A stretch of DNA of 64,000 bases from Camelus ferus (taxonomy: Eukaryota): positions 8,992,001 to 9,056,000 of the forward strand of contig NC_045698.1 of NCBI RefSeq assembly GCF_009834535.1, given 5' to 3'. Below are positions 1 through 13,090 of this stretch, in pieces. A program made the translations under genes and the position numbers. Positions within the stretch are counted from its first letter, which is position 1; the number at the start of each line of letters is the position of its first letter. Below the pieces are notes generated by a model. It saw only the letters and a program-made list of their open reading frames with translations, had not been told where the DNA came from and did no database searches.

Positions 1-478
1 ATGTAGATTGTTAATCAGAAAGGAAACCTCGCTGGCCTTCTTTTTTGTTGTTTGCTTCCTTCATTCATCTTGGTGGTAGAATTGGAGCATCCGGTCTAAT
101 ACTTGCCCTTTTGGATTGAGAAAACAGTGTTCGTTACTGAAAAATTCAGCATAAAGTAGAGTAATTCTTAACCTTTTAATAATTCCTCTGAGGTTGATAT
201 ATTTGGCCAACAAAGGAACTCTCGATTTTCAAGGTCCATTTGGGAGGTTTGCCTCATGCAAAGGGAATCATTTGGAAACTCTAAAGCTTTCATCTCTTTC
301 TCTTCTTACATATGTTAAGTTAGTAAGCATCCACCCAAAATATTTCATAGTAGGGTCATTGTCTACAGATTGATATTTTTATACAGACACCATTGTCTCT
401 GGATTATATTACAGAAGTGAAAGGGAAAATGGAGCTCACTAGCTTCAGATGATCTGCAACTCAGTGATTTAGGCTTCT

Positions 479-676
479 CAGAGTTTCTCAGCATTTTAGC
501 TTGAATACTTCTTAGGTATTGGGAGCTGATCTGTGCATTGTGTGGGGTTTACAGCATCCCTGAACTCCACTCATTAGCAAGTTAGCATCTCCCCCAGATT
601 ATGATAATCAAAAAATGTCCCCAGCCACTGCCCAATGTCCCTTGGGAGCAAGAACATCTCCAGTTGAGAATCACCA
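479..676 (-). mobile_element. MER20-like hAT-Charlie DNA transposon (MITE)
   Basis: Resembles the reverse of the MER20 consensus: tgtgcattg...cagcatccctg...aaaaaatgtcccag...gcccaatgtccctt...gttgagaatcac. Confidence 0.75.
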
Positions 677-1594
677 AGACAACAATTGAAAGGCTGCATA
701 CATACATGTTAGCATAGAAGTGGCCAATTTTTTTCACAGTGTAGCAGTATGGATACACATTTTCCAATGATGAGACCAAACATACATTGTTTAAAAAATG
801 TTTTTCTCTTGTGTTGTTGCAATACTGCATTCTAATTTGACCTTCCCTTGGATACTTCTTTATCAAAATGTAATTATATTATAATTATGCCTTCTGCTGA
901 GTCATTTAGAAAATATTAGGTGTTGATAAATAAAAGATATGTGTTTGGTAATAAAATAATTTGACTAAGAAAAAATGTAGCTCTAAGCGATAAAAGAAAT
1001 TTGTAATCTAATTTTATCAAGTTCCATTGGCAAGAAGCTATTCAGCTTGCATAGTGGAGTAATTGAGCACTTGATGCATAGTGTGGCGAGGATAAACATC
1101 TGGCTTCTCAATATCGTATCTTACAATGGACATTCGGAGCAGATGCCATTCCAACTTCTGGTGAGGAAGTTGGAATGGCAGAACTGCTTTCAAAAATGAA
1201 AGCTTAGATGAAGGTCTTTCTCTCATTCAGAATAGCTCATATGAAATGATAATCAGTTCAATTTGAAGTCACCATAGAAACTTTAAGAAGGTAAAATCAT
1301 TTTCTGACTCTTCACTGTTTTTTACAGAGAGGACAGAATTATCAAAGTCAGATTAATTAATTTTTTTCTCAACTTAGCTTTATTTTAATTTGTTATTAAA
1401 TTCTGTTTTCATTCTCACCACATTTATGACTCTGTTACACGTGAACTCATCTATAATCTGAAGCAATAACTAGTGTGATGCTTATCTTGGATTTCCTCTT
1501 GCCAAGATAAAAATAAAATTGCCTCTATGTAGACATTTGAGATTGTGACAAAAATAAGGAGAGTCCTGTAATGGAAACTGTAAGCTAGATTAAC

Positions 1595-1775
1595 CAGGGA
1601 TTCTCAAAGAGTGGTTTCCCATCAGCAGCATCAGCTGCTAGATGTTCATTAGAAATGAAAAGGCTTAGGCTCAACTCCAGACCTACTGAACATTGCTCTG
1701 GAGGTGAGGCCCAGCCATGTGTTTTATTAAGCCGACCAGGGGGTAGTGATGATTGTCAACGGCTGAGAACCAGTG
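1595..1775 (+). mobile_element. MER5A-like hAT-Charlie MITE
   Basis: cagggattctcaaagagtgg...cagcagcatcagc...ttagaaatg...ccagacctactgaa...ggcccagc...tgagaaccagtg, with degenerate terminal inverted repeats. Confidence 0.8.
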
Positions 1776-2184
1776 CACCCATGCCTCTGTATCAGCATGC
1801 TGACAGTGGAAAAGGGATTCAGAGTTTGCAAAATGATATTCTCTACATCACCTCCTAGGGAGAATGGATGGAGTCTGGTACTTAAGTCCCAAACCATACA
1901 GGATGCAATTTGATAAAATTCATTAAGATTCGTCTAACAACCACTCACCCCGGTAATCCCATATCCTTGCTCCCTTCTCTTCCCTCTCCTACTGGTGAAT
2001 ACCAAGCTGCACACAAGTAGGTCCAATCCTCAGACCGTGAAATGCAACCTTATCAGATTATTCATCTAGTACAGTCAGTCTTTTCCTAAAGGGGGGCCGG
2101 GTGCAAGAATTTCCTAGCAGCTTCTGGTTAGACTTTCCTCCAGATAGTTACACAGCCACGCCACATCAGCCAAATCAAATTGTT

Positions 2185-2830
2185 GGAAGGGTCTTCAGTA
2201 ATATTCCAAAGTAGAGGTGGTGGTGAAAGAGGGCAGGAGACATGTATGATGGTAGGGTGCAAAGAGAGATTTTTAGGAGATTGAATTGACTTTGGTAGAA
2301 AAAGATTTAAGCCAGAGCTAGCATCTGAGGCTGTTGAAAAAGTTTGTCCTTGCAAATTGACTTTTATGTCACTTTCCTGACTAGCATTCAAGAATGACCT
2401 CATCTGTTACTAGGGACCAGTTTGCAGATCACCATCCCTAGAATGTCAGGAGGCAGTCAGGAGATTTTGAGAAGGTAAAGAGTCTACCCAGTTTGAATAA
2501 TGAAAGGGCACTGATGATCTAGGGACTAGATGCCCAGTGAAATTCGTTACCCGTAGAGAGAAGGCTGTGGTGTTTATGACCCTTGTAGCTCTTTGTAGGA
2601 ATTTGTATCATTACTATCTTTATCTGTATCAATATAGAGGGGTGTATGTTTCCCTGTGCTTATCACTGGTGATAAAAAGGATGGTGTGTGTGTGTGTGTG
2701 TGTGGGCGTGCGTGCGTGCAAGTGTGTTTAGTGAACAGCATAGAAAAGGGGAATGGAGTCAAAATTGTATCCCTGGGATTTGTCTTGGAAAACTGGATGG
2801 TTAGCCATGCCATTCACAGGATAATATGAC
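2185..2830 (-). mobile_element. Interrupted L2 LINE fragments
   Basis: L2-like motifs gagagatttttaggagattgaattgac (about 2265) and ggagtcaaaattgtatccctgggatttgtcttggaaaactggatggttagccatgccattcac (about 2755-2817). The sequence between them is unassigned. Confidence 0.5.
2683..2726. repeat. (GT)n/(GCGT)n microsatellite
   Basis: gtgtgtgtgtgtgtgtgtgtgggcgtgcgtgcgtgcaagtgtg is directly visible. Confidence 0.9.
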
Positions 2831-2885
2831 AATAATGGAGTACTCATCTAGTCATGTCAGTCCTGGGCTTAGAAATCTAGGACAG

Positions 2886-3416
2886 TGTCGTAGCCACAGA
2901 ACCAACCCAAACTGGCCCCATCTTGCTATTAACAAGATAATAAGACATTGTGTTGTTTTCAGAGACAGCAGAACAAAACCACAAGTCATGCAGTTGAAGC
3001 TTGCTCAGAGGAGAATATTTTCTCAAATAACACTGAGAACCAAAGATTCTCCCCTTCATGAATCCGAAGGACTGGAACATGACCAGACCCTGAATACCCA
3101 AACCCTCTCAGAAGGGAAAGGACCATTGTCCAGGGAGACCCAGTGCTGAAGCCCCTTTACGAGACCTGGCGATAAAGGACCAACTGCCCTACCCTCCAGT
3201 CAAAACCTGTCCCATCAGTACTTCCAGTATCAATCCTCCTCCACTGACCCAGAAAAGCTTGTCTGAACCCCAGATTGGGGAGACAGAGCTGAGCTTTGCC
3301 TCCTTTCTCCTTGCTCGGCCACCCTGCAATAAAGCCTCTTCTCTCAGCAAAAGAATTTTGCCTTGATGTCTGGTCTTGTCTTTGAGCAGCAGGCAAGAAG
3401 CATTTGCTTGGTAACA
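2886..3416 (+). mobile_element. Solo LTR, ERV1-like
   Basis: About 530 bp, TG...CA ends (ends ggtaaca), AATAAA about 85 bp before the 3' end. The ccctgcaataaa region resembles the reverse-oriented LTR at 54854. Confidence 0.7.
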
Positions 3417-4649
3417 ATGTAAAATCAGGTGGTACTGATTATTAGAGCTCATATCTTTCTAAATTAGGGTGCATGTGAAATTTTGGCTGAAATGTATCCA
3501 CTGCATAAATAAGTTAAAAAAATCCTCAAATAGCCATTAAATTTTATATGAAAACGGCAATTAATTTTAGCTTTATCGTTTTTTCTTTTTTCTAATAGGA
3601 TTTGTTCTTATGAGTACAATTGTAGGGAAAAGTAGGTCAGTCATTTGACTTCTGAAGACCACTTTAGAGAAAGATGGACAGAATTTGGGTTCCACAACTT
3701 GTCACAGGACCAAGTTAACGATTAGTAGTGGTTTGAACTTTGTGCTGTGATCAGTACTATTTGGCTGTGTTCGTATCATTCTTGTCTGACTCTGTCTGAG
3801 CATTTAATATAGGAAAGTTTAGAGCCACATTAGGAGAAACTGTTTGGAAATATGAACACAAGAAGAATCCTCATAAGTTTGGGTCATTGCATCTTTAAAA
3901 CCAGGCAGTCTTGTTTAATAATGCAGACACGCTAGACCTACACCACTGAAAATAATGTTCCCAGGACAATTGTAAACTCAGTGACACTGCACACGCAGCT
4001 AAGTCCATGATTTAGGAAGCCAACTGTATGTGAAATAACTATGTATATAAATTGTTATTAGAGACTTTTTAATGGGAAATATATTTCTAGAATTTGTTGC
4101 ACATATACATTCTTAATAACAATATTTTTGTTATTTTTTTCCACTTATATTTATTAAAAGGAGAAAATATTTTCCCCTGCATCTAATGAAGTCTTCCAAA
4201 TTATCAGATTATATTTTCAATATTAGGATATAAAACAGGGATGGAATTTTCACATTTAAGATTTTTCATAATGGAATCAAGGGCCAATAATCAACTGAAG
4301 AGCAAAAATATAAAATATATTATTTATATTGAACTTCCATGAAATATTTTAAATATTTTGAATTGTGGAAATGTGAATTTTTATACTGATTATTGATGTA
4401 CCTATTCATGTGGGAAAAATATGAATGCTACAGTTCACTTTCCTAAAGTGTATGAAAAGAAAATTACATAAGTGGCTTTAAAATTGGTATAACAAAAGAT
4501 ACACCAAGGAGTACTATTTAATCCAATGACGACCCAAGGCTCTGTGTCTTCCAGTACGTTGTGTTGCTTCAGCTGTTTCATTTCCATGATTACAAATGCA
4601 ATTGTTCTCAGAGTCAGCAGTAACACTTCTTTATTTTTCTTATTATACT

Positions 4650-5215
4650 CAACATTTTCAATTTATTAAAATAGTAGATCCTAATTTTAGAAAATCTAGA
4701 CCATCTAGCAAAGCATAAGGAATATTAAAAACTGTCTGGAAAATATTTTGGTAGATGGAGATTATTTATTATAGCTGTCAACATATTTGTATATTTCCTA
4801 CCAATATATTTTGCTAACCACTTTGATTAATATGACATGTATAATGTTATATATATGTGTGTACGTGTGTATACATGTATATTTGTGTGTGTATATATAA
4901 TTATACATTTATAAGATTTAGATCATAGTATATATATCCTGCTCATATTAATATTTATATGCCTTTTTTTAATGGCTGCATAATCCACTGTGAGTCCATT
5001 TACAATTAGACTCACAGGTTGATTCTAAGATTTTTCTAGTGTAAACATTGACGTGCATATTTTTAAACACTCTTTTTTGTACATGTTTCTTCTTGTTTCC
5101 TTAAGATATTTGCTACGAGGGAAATTTAGGAACCAAGTAGCATGATCTTTTTACAGGTCTCCTAAAATATACTGCCACATTGCATTTTGAAGTTTGCAGT
5201 AAACTCTGCTGAGTC
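4650..5215 (-). mobile_element. Old L1 (L1ME-like) 3' fragments
   Basis: ttttaatggctgcataatccactgtg...atatactgccacattgc resembles antisense 3' sequence of ancient L1. Confidence 0.5.
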
Positions 5216-5289
5216 GTAACCCAAAATCTGTTCTCAACTGTCTCACATTAAACAAGGATATAATGGTTAAAGACATAACAGTAATTAAA

Positions 5290-5485
5290 TGGCCATAAAG
5301 GAAAAATCCAGGTGAAATGTAGCTTGACAACTGACAATGCAACCAACTGAGATAGCTCTAACGAAAGTCATCTTCAGACACACCGTGTGAGAAAAATAAA
5401 CCCCTACCGCTTTTAAGCCTCTTTTACTTCCCTTTTGCCTTTTTATTTATTTATCGTGCAACTGACATTATTTGTAACTCATACA
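5290..5485 (+). mobile_element. MaLR MLT1-type LTR, 3' part
   Basis: gtgtgagaaaaataaacccct...tttaagcctc...taactcataca resembles the 3' end of old MLT1 LTRs. Confidence 0.5.
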
Positions 5486-6899
5486 AAGATGCTTAGTAGA
5501 GGCAAAATGCTTTTCATTATTTCATGTGAAATAATAAGCCTTATTTGGCATTGTCTAGTGAATAATACCAGCTTTCATGTTAGAGTAAACAGGATGGCTC
5601 AGAAGTATAATTTTTCAATGGAAAGATAAATGTTCTCTATTTAACTTTTTTTTTTTTTTGACATAGAGGTTCCAGAAGTGTTTTGGAGATTAGGTATGCA
5701 GACTCCTAAAGCTAGTTGCTATTTAGATAACCTTTTTCAAATGGGATTTTACATTCCAGTGATGTATTGAGTGAGAGAGATGGAGAAAGATAGACATAGA
5801 AATAGAGAGAGAGAGACTAAAAAAGTGAAATAGACAGAGACAGAAATAGAGACAAAGAGACTAAAATTAGAGGGTCTTGTTTCCAGTGATTCGGAAAATG
5901 TTTCTGAAAAATCGTGTCGAGTCTTCCCATTTCATATCACATGCTGATCTTTGTAAACAATTTAAAAATCATATTTCTCTTCTTATGGAAGGAAAATCCT
6001 TTCACTTCAACATATGTTAACATAGTAATTCCTTGACTCCAACAATTTACAAATATACTGAAACCCAATGATTTCAAATTTAAAAGAAGGGGAAATTTTC
6101 TGTTCTTGCTGCTGTCGAAATGTGCTCCACTAGAAATAATTTCTTGTCCTAAATTCTAGCTATCATAAGACACTGATACTGTTCACCAGGAGAATGCAAA
6201 GAACCATGTAACAGAGGGACAAGGCAGATGAGCTGAAATAAAAATTAACCATTCACAAATGTGTTCATCAGCACTTTTCCGTATTTGGATAGAAAACATT
6301 GATAGTGCCAAATATTCAATAATGTGAATATTCTTTCACTGAGTGACTTCCATATATTTCAGTTTTATTAATAGCACTAATCCATTTGAATTTCCATCAT
6401 CAAATTCTTACACTCTCAATCTGGGATCTAGTCCAAATTCCATATGCATTTACAGTCTTAAATCTCTCTCGGGTGCTTTGTGTGCATCTATAAAACGTAA
6501 CAAGGTGTAACTGGGTTTAGGTCTCTATTGGTCTAGATGCTTCTTAAGTCCTAAATTCTGCTATCCTAACTGCAGGGCTTCTTCAGAAGCCAATACACGT
6601 TCCGAAATCACTTCTTTCTTCGGCTGAGTCCATTCATTTTCTATTTCTGAGTTTCACTCTCTTTCTGCAAAATGTCTTAGCATCATAAAAACAATAGGTA
6701 TGTCAGTTATATTCATCATTTTGTCTCCTGGGCCAGGTATAAAGGGGTCATTCAATAAATATTTTCTGACTCTACTTCAGTGTTTATTAATTTAGAAATT
6801 GACAAACACTTGGTGAGAATTCCAAGAGCTGTATAAATGGTTTAATAGTGATTGATAGTTCTATCTTAAATTATACTTAATTTCACTTCCTAGAGTTAA

Positions 6900-7370
6900 A
6901 TAACATCACAATTATTTATTGCATTTTTGGAGCTATTTCATGCAGATGTATTTTTGTTTGCATGAGGATGACATATACGTGCTTTGTGTAAGTAAAGCCA
7001 CACGATGTTCATGTAACAATGCATAATCCACTTTAACTTTTAAAGGACTTTATAAGTACCCTGTTGTATGAATGACCTGTATTTTCTTTAAGTAAGTACC
7101 TTATTCACGTATATGTGAGTAGTTTCCAGCTGTTACTACTATATGTGACTTTGTAGTGGACAGTCTTATATGTGCATTTTGCTTAAGAAAATAACTGTAA
7201 AAGTCAGCAAGAAAGTGCATTTTGAATTTCCATGTGTTACTTAGTTCAGCCTCATTCTAGAAAGATTGTGATACTTGACTCTTTCATTGCAGTGCCTGAA
7301 AGTGTTGTTTTCCAATATCTTTTCTAACATGATCTTTATTTCACTCAGTAATCTTTGTATTTTATTAACC
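6900..7370 (-). mobile_element. Old L1 (L1ME-like) fragment
   Basis: gagtagtttccagctgttactactata...ctagaaagattgtgatacttgactc...cagtgcctgaaagtgttgttttcc is degenerate antisense L1 3' sequence. Confidence 0.45.
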
Positions 7371-7379
7371 ACATATAAG

Positions 7380-8490
7380 AACAAATTCTTGATTGCTACT
7401 CTCCAAAACCTGCCCCTCAGTCATTCCTGTCTCAGTTAATGGCAACTTAAATTGCACTAGGGTTCTCCAGAGACAGGGTTTCTATGCTGCAGTCTTGAGG
7501 AAAAATTTCTTCAGTCTTTGCTCTTAAAGATTTCAACTGATCAGATGAGGCCCACCTACATTGTGGAGGGTAATCTGCTTTACATAAATTCTACTGAATT
7601 AAATGTTAATCCCATCTAAAATATACCTCACAGTAACATCCACTCTGGTGCTTTACCAAACAATTGGACCTCGTGGTCTGGCCCAGTTGTCACATAAGAT
7701 TAACCATCACAGCAGTCTACCCATTCATTGCTCAGGCTCCACATCTTGAAGTCATCCTTGACTAGTCTCTCTCATGTGACGTAACTACTACATAACTAAG
7801 CTCCATAAGTTTTACCATCAAAACATGTCTGCTTCACTCCACATTCATTGTCATCCAAGTAAGCTTTTGCTTAGTTTACTACAGGGGTCTCCTAATCACT
7901 CTTTTACTTCCCACACTTGCCTCTCCCACTCCCCACCCTCCTCCAGCATATGTATATTTTCCATAAAACAATCAGAATAACCTTTACTGAGGTCACTCCT
8001 CTGCTCAAAACAGCCCAATAGCTTCTCATCTCAAGACAAGTAAAACGGAAGCTCCTCATTGCTCATAAGGCTCCAGAGTGTCCACCTCTGCTCCATTTCC
8101 CATCACTCCAGGCACCGTAGCCCCCTTGCTGTCCTTTGAACAAGCCAAACATGGTCCTACCTTGGGCCTTTTCCTTTCTGTTCCACCTGCCTAGAACTCC
8201 CTTCCCCCAGATACCTGCCTTGCATCGTTCCTCACTGTCTTTCCATCTCTGCCTCCAAATTGTTATCACAGAGAAAGTCTCTATACCTATTACTCTGCTT
8301 TATTTTCCTTCTTGCAATGATCACATTTGATGTGAAGTGTGTGCATTGTGAACTTGCCAACTTATTGTCTATTAATTCCTCTTCGCACAGTCTGACGTTA
8401 GTGCCATGAAATTTGAGACAAGGCCAATGTGGTGTCTCCAAGCAATTAGAATTGATTTTGGCACATAGAGCCTCCACTCTAAAAATTCAT
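7380..8490 (+). mobile_element. L2 LINE 3' region interrupted by an MLT2 LTR
   Basis: ctgtctcagttaatggcaact [LTR] cattgctcaggc...gtcatccttgact...tcactcctctgctcaaaac...ggcacatag are typical L2 3' motifs on both sides of the LTR. Confidence 0.8.
7453..7711 (-). mobile_element. MLT2 (ERVL) solo LTR, internally deleted
   Basis: Ends cacataagattaaccatcaca (reverse of the MLT2 start TGTGATGGTTAAT). Contains gatgaggcccacc and gagggtaatctgctttac, and begins gggttctccagaga. Confidence 0.85.
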
Positions 8491-8829
8491 AGATTCATTA
8501 CTTGATTTGCAATATTTCTTTAATTTAAGTGCCCCTTTTTGAATTATTGAATGAATACTAATATGTACTAGACTCATGCTGTATTAATTATTCATAGTAT
8601 TTTTATTTCATGCTTTTAAATTGTTTGTTATGTATCTTTTATATCTTTTTAATAAATAAGAAAACAGAATCAAAGAGTTTAACTATTTGACTGTTACAGA
8701 GCTGAAAATACATAGAACTATAATTAAGAACTAGGTTTTTGACACAAAAGACTATCATGTAAAAAATGATTTTATGTTTAAAAAATAATGTTTCATTTAT
8801 ATGCACTTATCCAAAGGTATCAGGGGAAA

Positions 8830-11800
8830 AAAGTCACACAAATTCATAAAACTTCAGAAGTGTTCACTTTAAAACAGTGTATAAAATACATAAAATTATC
8901 TGGACTATATACTCAGAATAATAAAACCAGCTTTCATAAGAGGACTCTCAAAGGTAGAAAGAAGAAAGTGAACTCAGTAGGAACCTCATGGCTTGAAGAC
9001 TGATACTGTGATGAATTCCTTGTGCTTGACTGGTATCCTCTATGTAACTCAGACTGGGTTCCAGAAAGCTCTGTAAACTGGAACTGCCAATAGTCATATA
9101 CATACAAAAAAATAAAGAGAATTTCTCTCTTTGCCCAAAGGACTGTTAAAGGAGAATCCTGGTAAGGTTTAGTGGGGTTGTCCACACCCAGTGGCAGTGG
9201 TGGCCCTGTCTGCCCAGTGCATCTTTGCCAGCAGGGCCTGGGCAGAACAACTTACCTTTTGTGTCATATCCAATGGTAATAGGATGGTCCTTCTCCCTGC
9301 AATGGTGATGTCAGTGGAGACAGTGAGGGCTGCCAGAATGTACATTCTAAACCTAAATAGATTGGCAGCCTGTTAAACAGAAGATTAAGATATGATCAAG
9401 GATGCCCTAATATAACAGCCAATATGTCCGGAATATATTCAACTATCACTCATCCCACACACCAGGAAAATCTCACCTGAAAGGAGAAAAAGGCAACTTA
9501 CTCAGTACTGAGATGAAATACATATCAGAATTATTCGGCAAACATTTCAAAGTAGCTATTATAAATAATTATAAATTCCACTAAAGGAAGTAAAACATGG
9601 GAAATTCAAAAAAACATGGAAATTATATAAAAAAGAACCAAATGAAGCTGATGGAAGACAGAGTGATGAAATTGTGGAAAGATAAGTAGAATTTACTCAA
9701 CCTGAACAACACAGGGAAAATAAGAATAAAACTAAAATGAACAAAGCCTCAGGGACATGTGGGATGTTAACAAAAGATCTAACATTTATATCACTAGAAT
9801 CCCAGAAGGATAGGAGAAAGAATGTGGGAATGAAAAAGTATATGGGGAAATAACAGAGAAAAATTTTTATAATTTTGCCCAAAGACATTGTCCTAAAGGT
9901 TCAAGAACCTAGGCAAACCACAAATTGGATAAACTCAAATAAATCCCTTCTGAAACACAACAGAATTAAACTTCTATTAACTAAAGACAAAGAAAAAATC
10001 TGAGAAGCTACTGAAATGACATGACACCTTATCTATAAGGGGATGATGATTCAAATGACAATAGTTTTCTGACATCATGAAGACCAGAGGAAATAGTACA
10101 GCATTTTTCAAGTGCTGAAAAAAAAAAAAACTTTTGATCATAAGTTCTATATCTAGCAAAACTATTCACTAGAAATTAATGGGAAAAAGACATTGTCAGA
10201 TAAAGAAAAATCCAAAGAATTTGTCACTAGTAGATACTCTCTTAAACATTGTCTGGAGGAAATTCTACAAACACAAAGAAAATGATAATGGAAGAAAAAT
10301 TGGAATTTCAGAAGGAAAGAAACAAGAGAATACTTAAAATTAGAGACAAATATAATAGGTTTTACTTCACATGAATTTCTTACATCATATTAGATGGTTG
10401 AAGCAAAAAGTTAAAAAGCTATTGTGGTTATAAATGCATATAGAAACAATGCTTAAACAATTACTGGTAAAAACTGTAGAAATTGAAAGGAGCACATAAA
10501 GTTTCAACACTTCACCTGCAGTGGTGAAATGTTGCCATCAGTAGACTGTGCCAAGTTACTTTTTTGTACTACTGCCAGTAAATACAAAGAAAATTACACA
10601 AAATGATATACTCAAAAACAGTATAAATAGAGTAAAATAGAATCTTAAAAAATGTTCCAGTAATCCATAGGAAGGCAAAAAGGGAAATAAACAAAATAAA
10701 TTTTAAAGTGAAAGACTTAACTCTGTAACATGTCAATGACTACCTTAAATGTAAATGTTGTAAATACATCAATAAAAGAAAGAGACTGGGAGAGTGGATG
10801 ATGAAACTTGACTCAACTGTGTACTATCTATAACAAACTCACTTCAAACACAATGATATTGATAAGCTAAAAGTAAAATGACAGAAAAGGATATTTTAGG
10901 TTAGAATTAATTAAAAGTGAACAAGACAGAAAAGTTGTATGAATGTCAGATAAAGATGACTTCAAAGAAAATAACTCGGACAAAGGGAAATTACATATTG
11001 ATAAAAAGTTCAATCTTCCAAGAAGATACAGTGATCTAAATCTGTAGGCACAAAACAACACAGCTTACAAATGTAGGTGAAAACCAATATTAGTGAAAGT
11101 AGCAATGGAAAAATTCATGTTTATTGTGGGGGCTATTGTCATCCTTCTCTTAGCAACTAATTTAACTATTGGACAAACAATCAGCAAAGATAGATAAGAT
11201 CTGACTAGTGCAACAGAAAAGACCTGTGAAGAGTACCTAGGAGATGTGTATGGGCCACTTCACCCCAAGCTACAGAATATACGTACCTGTCATGCACACA
11301 TGACAAAGCTACCGTGATAAGACCATAACCTGGGTCACACAAACATAACAAAACAAACAAACAAAAAACTCCCCCAAACCCTACAGCTAACATCATATTT
11401 AATGGGAAAAGATGGAATAGTTGCCAGAAACAAGGCAAGGATGTCCCTTCTCACTATTCCTTTTTTACATTGTACTAGAATTCCTAACTAGTGGAATAAG
11501 AGAAAAAAAAAATTGTTTAAGGTCAGGTTGGAAATAATGTAACCAAACTGCACCATTTTACTGATTACATGACTGTCCATATGGGAAGATCCCAAAAATC
11601 TGCCTCTTGAACTCATAATTGAGTTCAATATGGTCACACAATACAGGATCAGTAGACAAAAGTTAATCACATTCTGTATGTTAACATTAACCTTGTAGAG
11701 ATGAAACTTAAAAATACTTAATGCCATTTACATTTGCTTCAAATAAAATGAACCACATAGGTATAAATGCATTGAATAACTTTATGTTGCATATTATATT

Positions 11801-12260
11801 ATACTGATCTAATAAATCAAAGAACATATAAGTGGAAAGCTATACCATTTTCATGGGTTGGAGGACTCAGCATGAGAAAGATGTCAATTGTCTCCAAATT
11901 GATCCATAGGTTTAAGGCAATCCTTTATCAAAATTCCAGCAAGGTCTTTGTAGATCTAGTCATGGTTATTCTAAAATTTATGTCAAAAGGCACAAGCCCT
12001 AAAATAACAAAATCATCTTAATAATTAAGTGAGGACTCAGTCTACCCATTATTAAGGCCTATTATCCATTATATTAATCAAGACAGTGTAGAGCTGGCCA
12101 AGGGTTAGACCTATAAATCAATGGGAAAAAACAGAAATCTTACAAATACACTCACATAAAATATGCCAAGCTGAATTTTGACAAAGATGAAAAAGCAATC
12201 TGATGGAAAAAAAGATAGGGTTTTAGCAAATGGTGCTGGAGCAATTGAATACCTACAGGT

Positions 12261-12291
<31 letters not shown>

Positions 12292-13090
12292 CAGTGAAAC
12301 TTGAGACTTCACATCTGACACAAAAATGAATTCAAAACAGATTACAGATGTAAAAACAAAATATAAAACTGTAAAATTTTTAGATTAAAAAAAAAACACA
12401 AGAAAAGTCTAGGCAAAGATTCCTTAGATTTGACAACAAAAGCGTGTTCCATGAAGGGAAATTTGACATACCGGATTTCATCAAAACTGGAAGTGTTGGC
12501 TTTGTGAAGAGGATGAAAATATGAACTATAGACTTGGAGAAAATATTTGTAAAATGCTCATGTGGCAGAAGATGAATATCTAGCATCTATAAAGAATTGT
12601 CTAAACTTAAGAGTAAAAAGGAAACAATCCAATTAGAAACTGTCAAATGACATAAACAGACATTTCTCTGAAGAGGATGTAGAGACAGCCACATGGTCAG
12701 CAACGCAGCTGCTAGAGAACTGAAAATAAACCTACAGCGATACATCACCACACATTTATTAGAGTGACCAAAATTTTAAAAACATGTTAAGAACACCAAA
12801 AGTAGTGAAGATGCAGAGAAACTTCACAGAGTGCTGATGGGAAAAAAAAATCTAAATCCAAAATTTTACATCCCATATGGATCCAATTATGTAAAAAATT
12901 ATATGTGTATCAGATTCACGGCTGCCAGGGACTAAGGAGAGGGTGAGGGGGGAGGGAATGAATGGTCACGGAAGGGCAATATGAGTGATGCTCTTGAACT
13001 TATGCTTCTGCACGGGAATGTGCATGTTAACAATGCATAGTACTGATTTGTGTTCTTTTCAACTTTATGTAAATAAAAACATACTATAAA
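8830..13090 (+). mobile_element. Old L1 (L1MC/L1MD-like): 5' region, ORF1, deleted ORF2 and 3' UTR remnants, non-coding
   Basis: A-rich strand. ORF1-like aaatgaacaaagcctcagggacatgtggga...cccagaagga. Endonuclease start ccttaaatgtaaatg (about 10745). RT-region cctacagctaacatcatatttaatgg, gaaacaaggcaaggatgtcc. 3' UTR ggctgccaggg. Many stops and frameshifts; 5' boundary uncertain. Confidence 0.85.

Noticed and set aside
1038..1226. 62-aa minus-strand ORF overlapping the hairpin
   Set aside because: No recognisable homology or exon context, and the length is within chance expectation.
4988..5017. 9-bp inverted repeat ctgtgagtc/gactcacag (similar 8-9 bp stems near 17103, 46640, 49898 and 57660)
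   Set aside because: Stems this short with variable loops are expected by chance in 64 kb.
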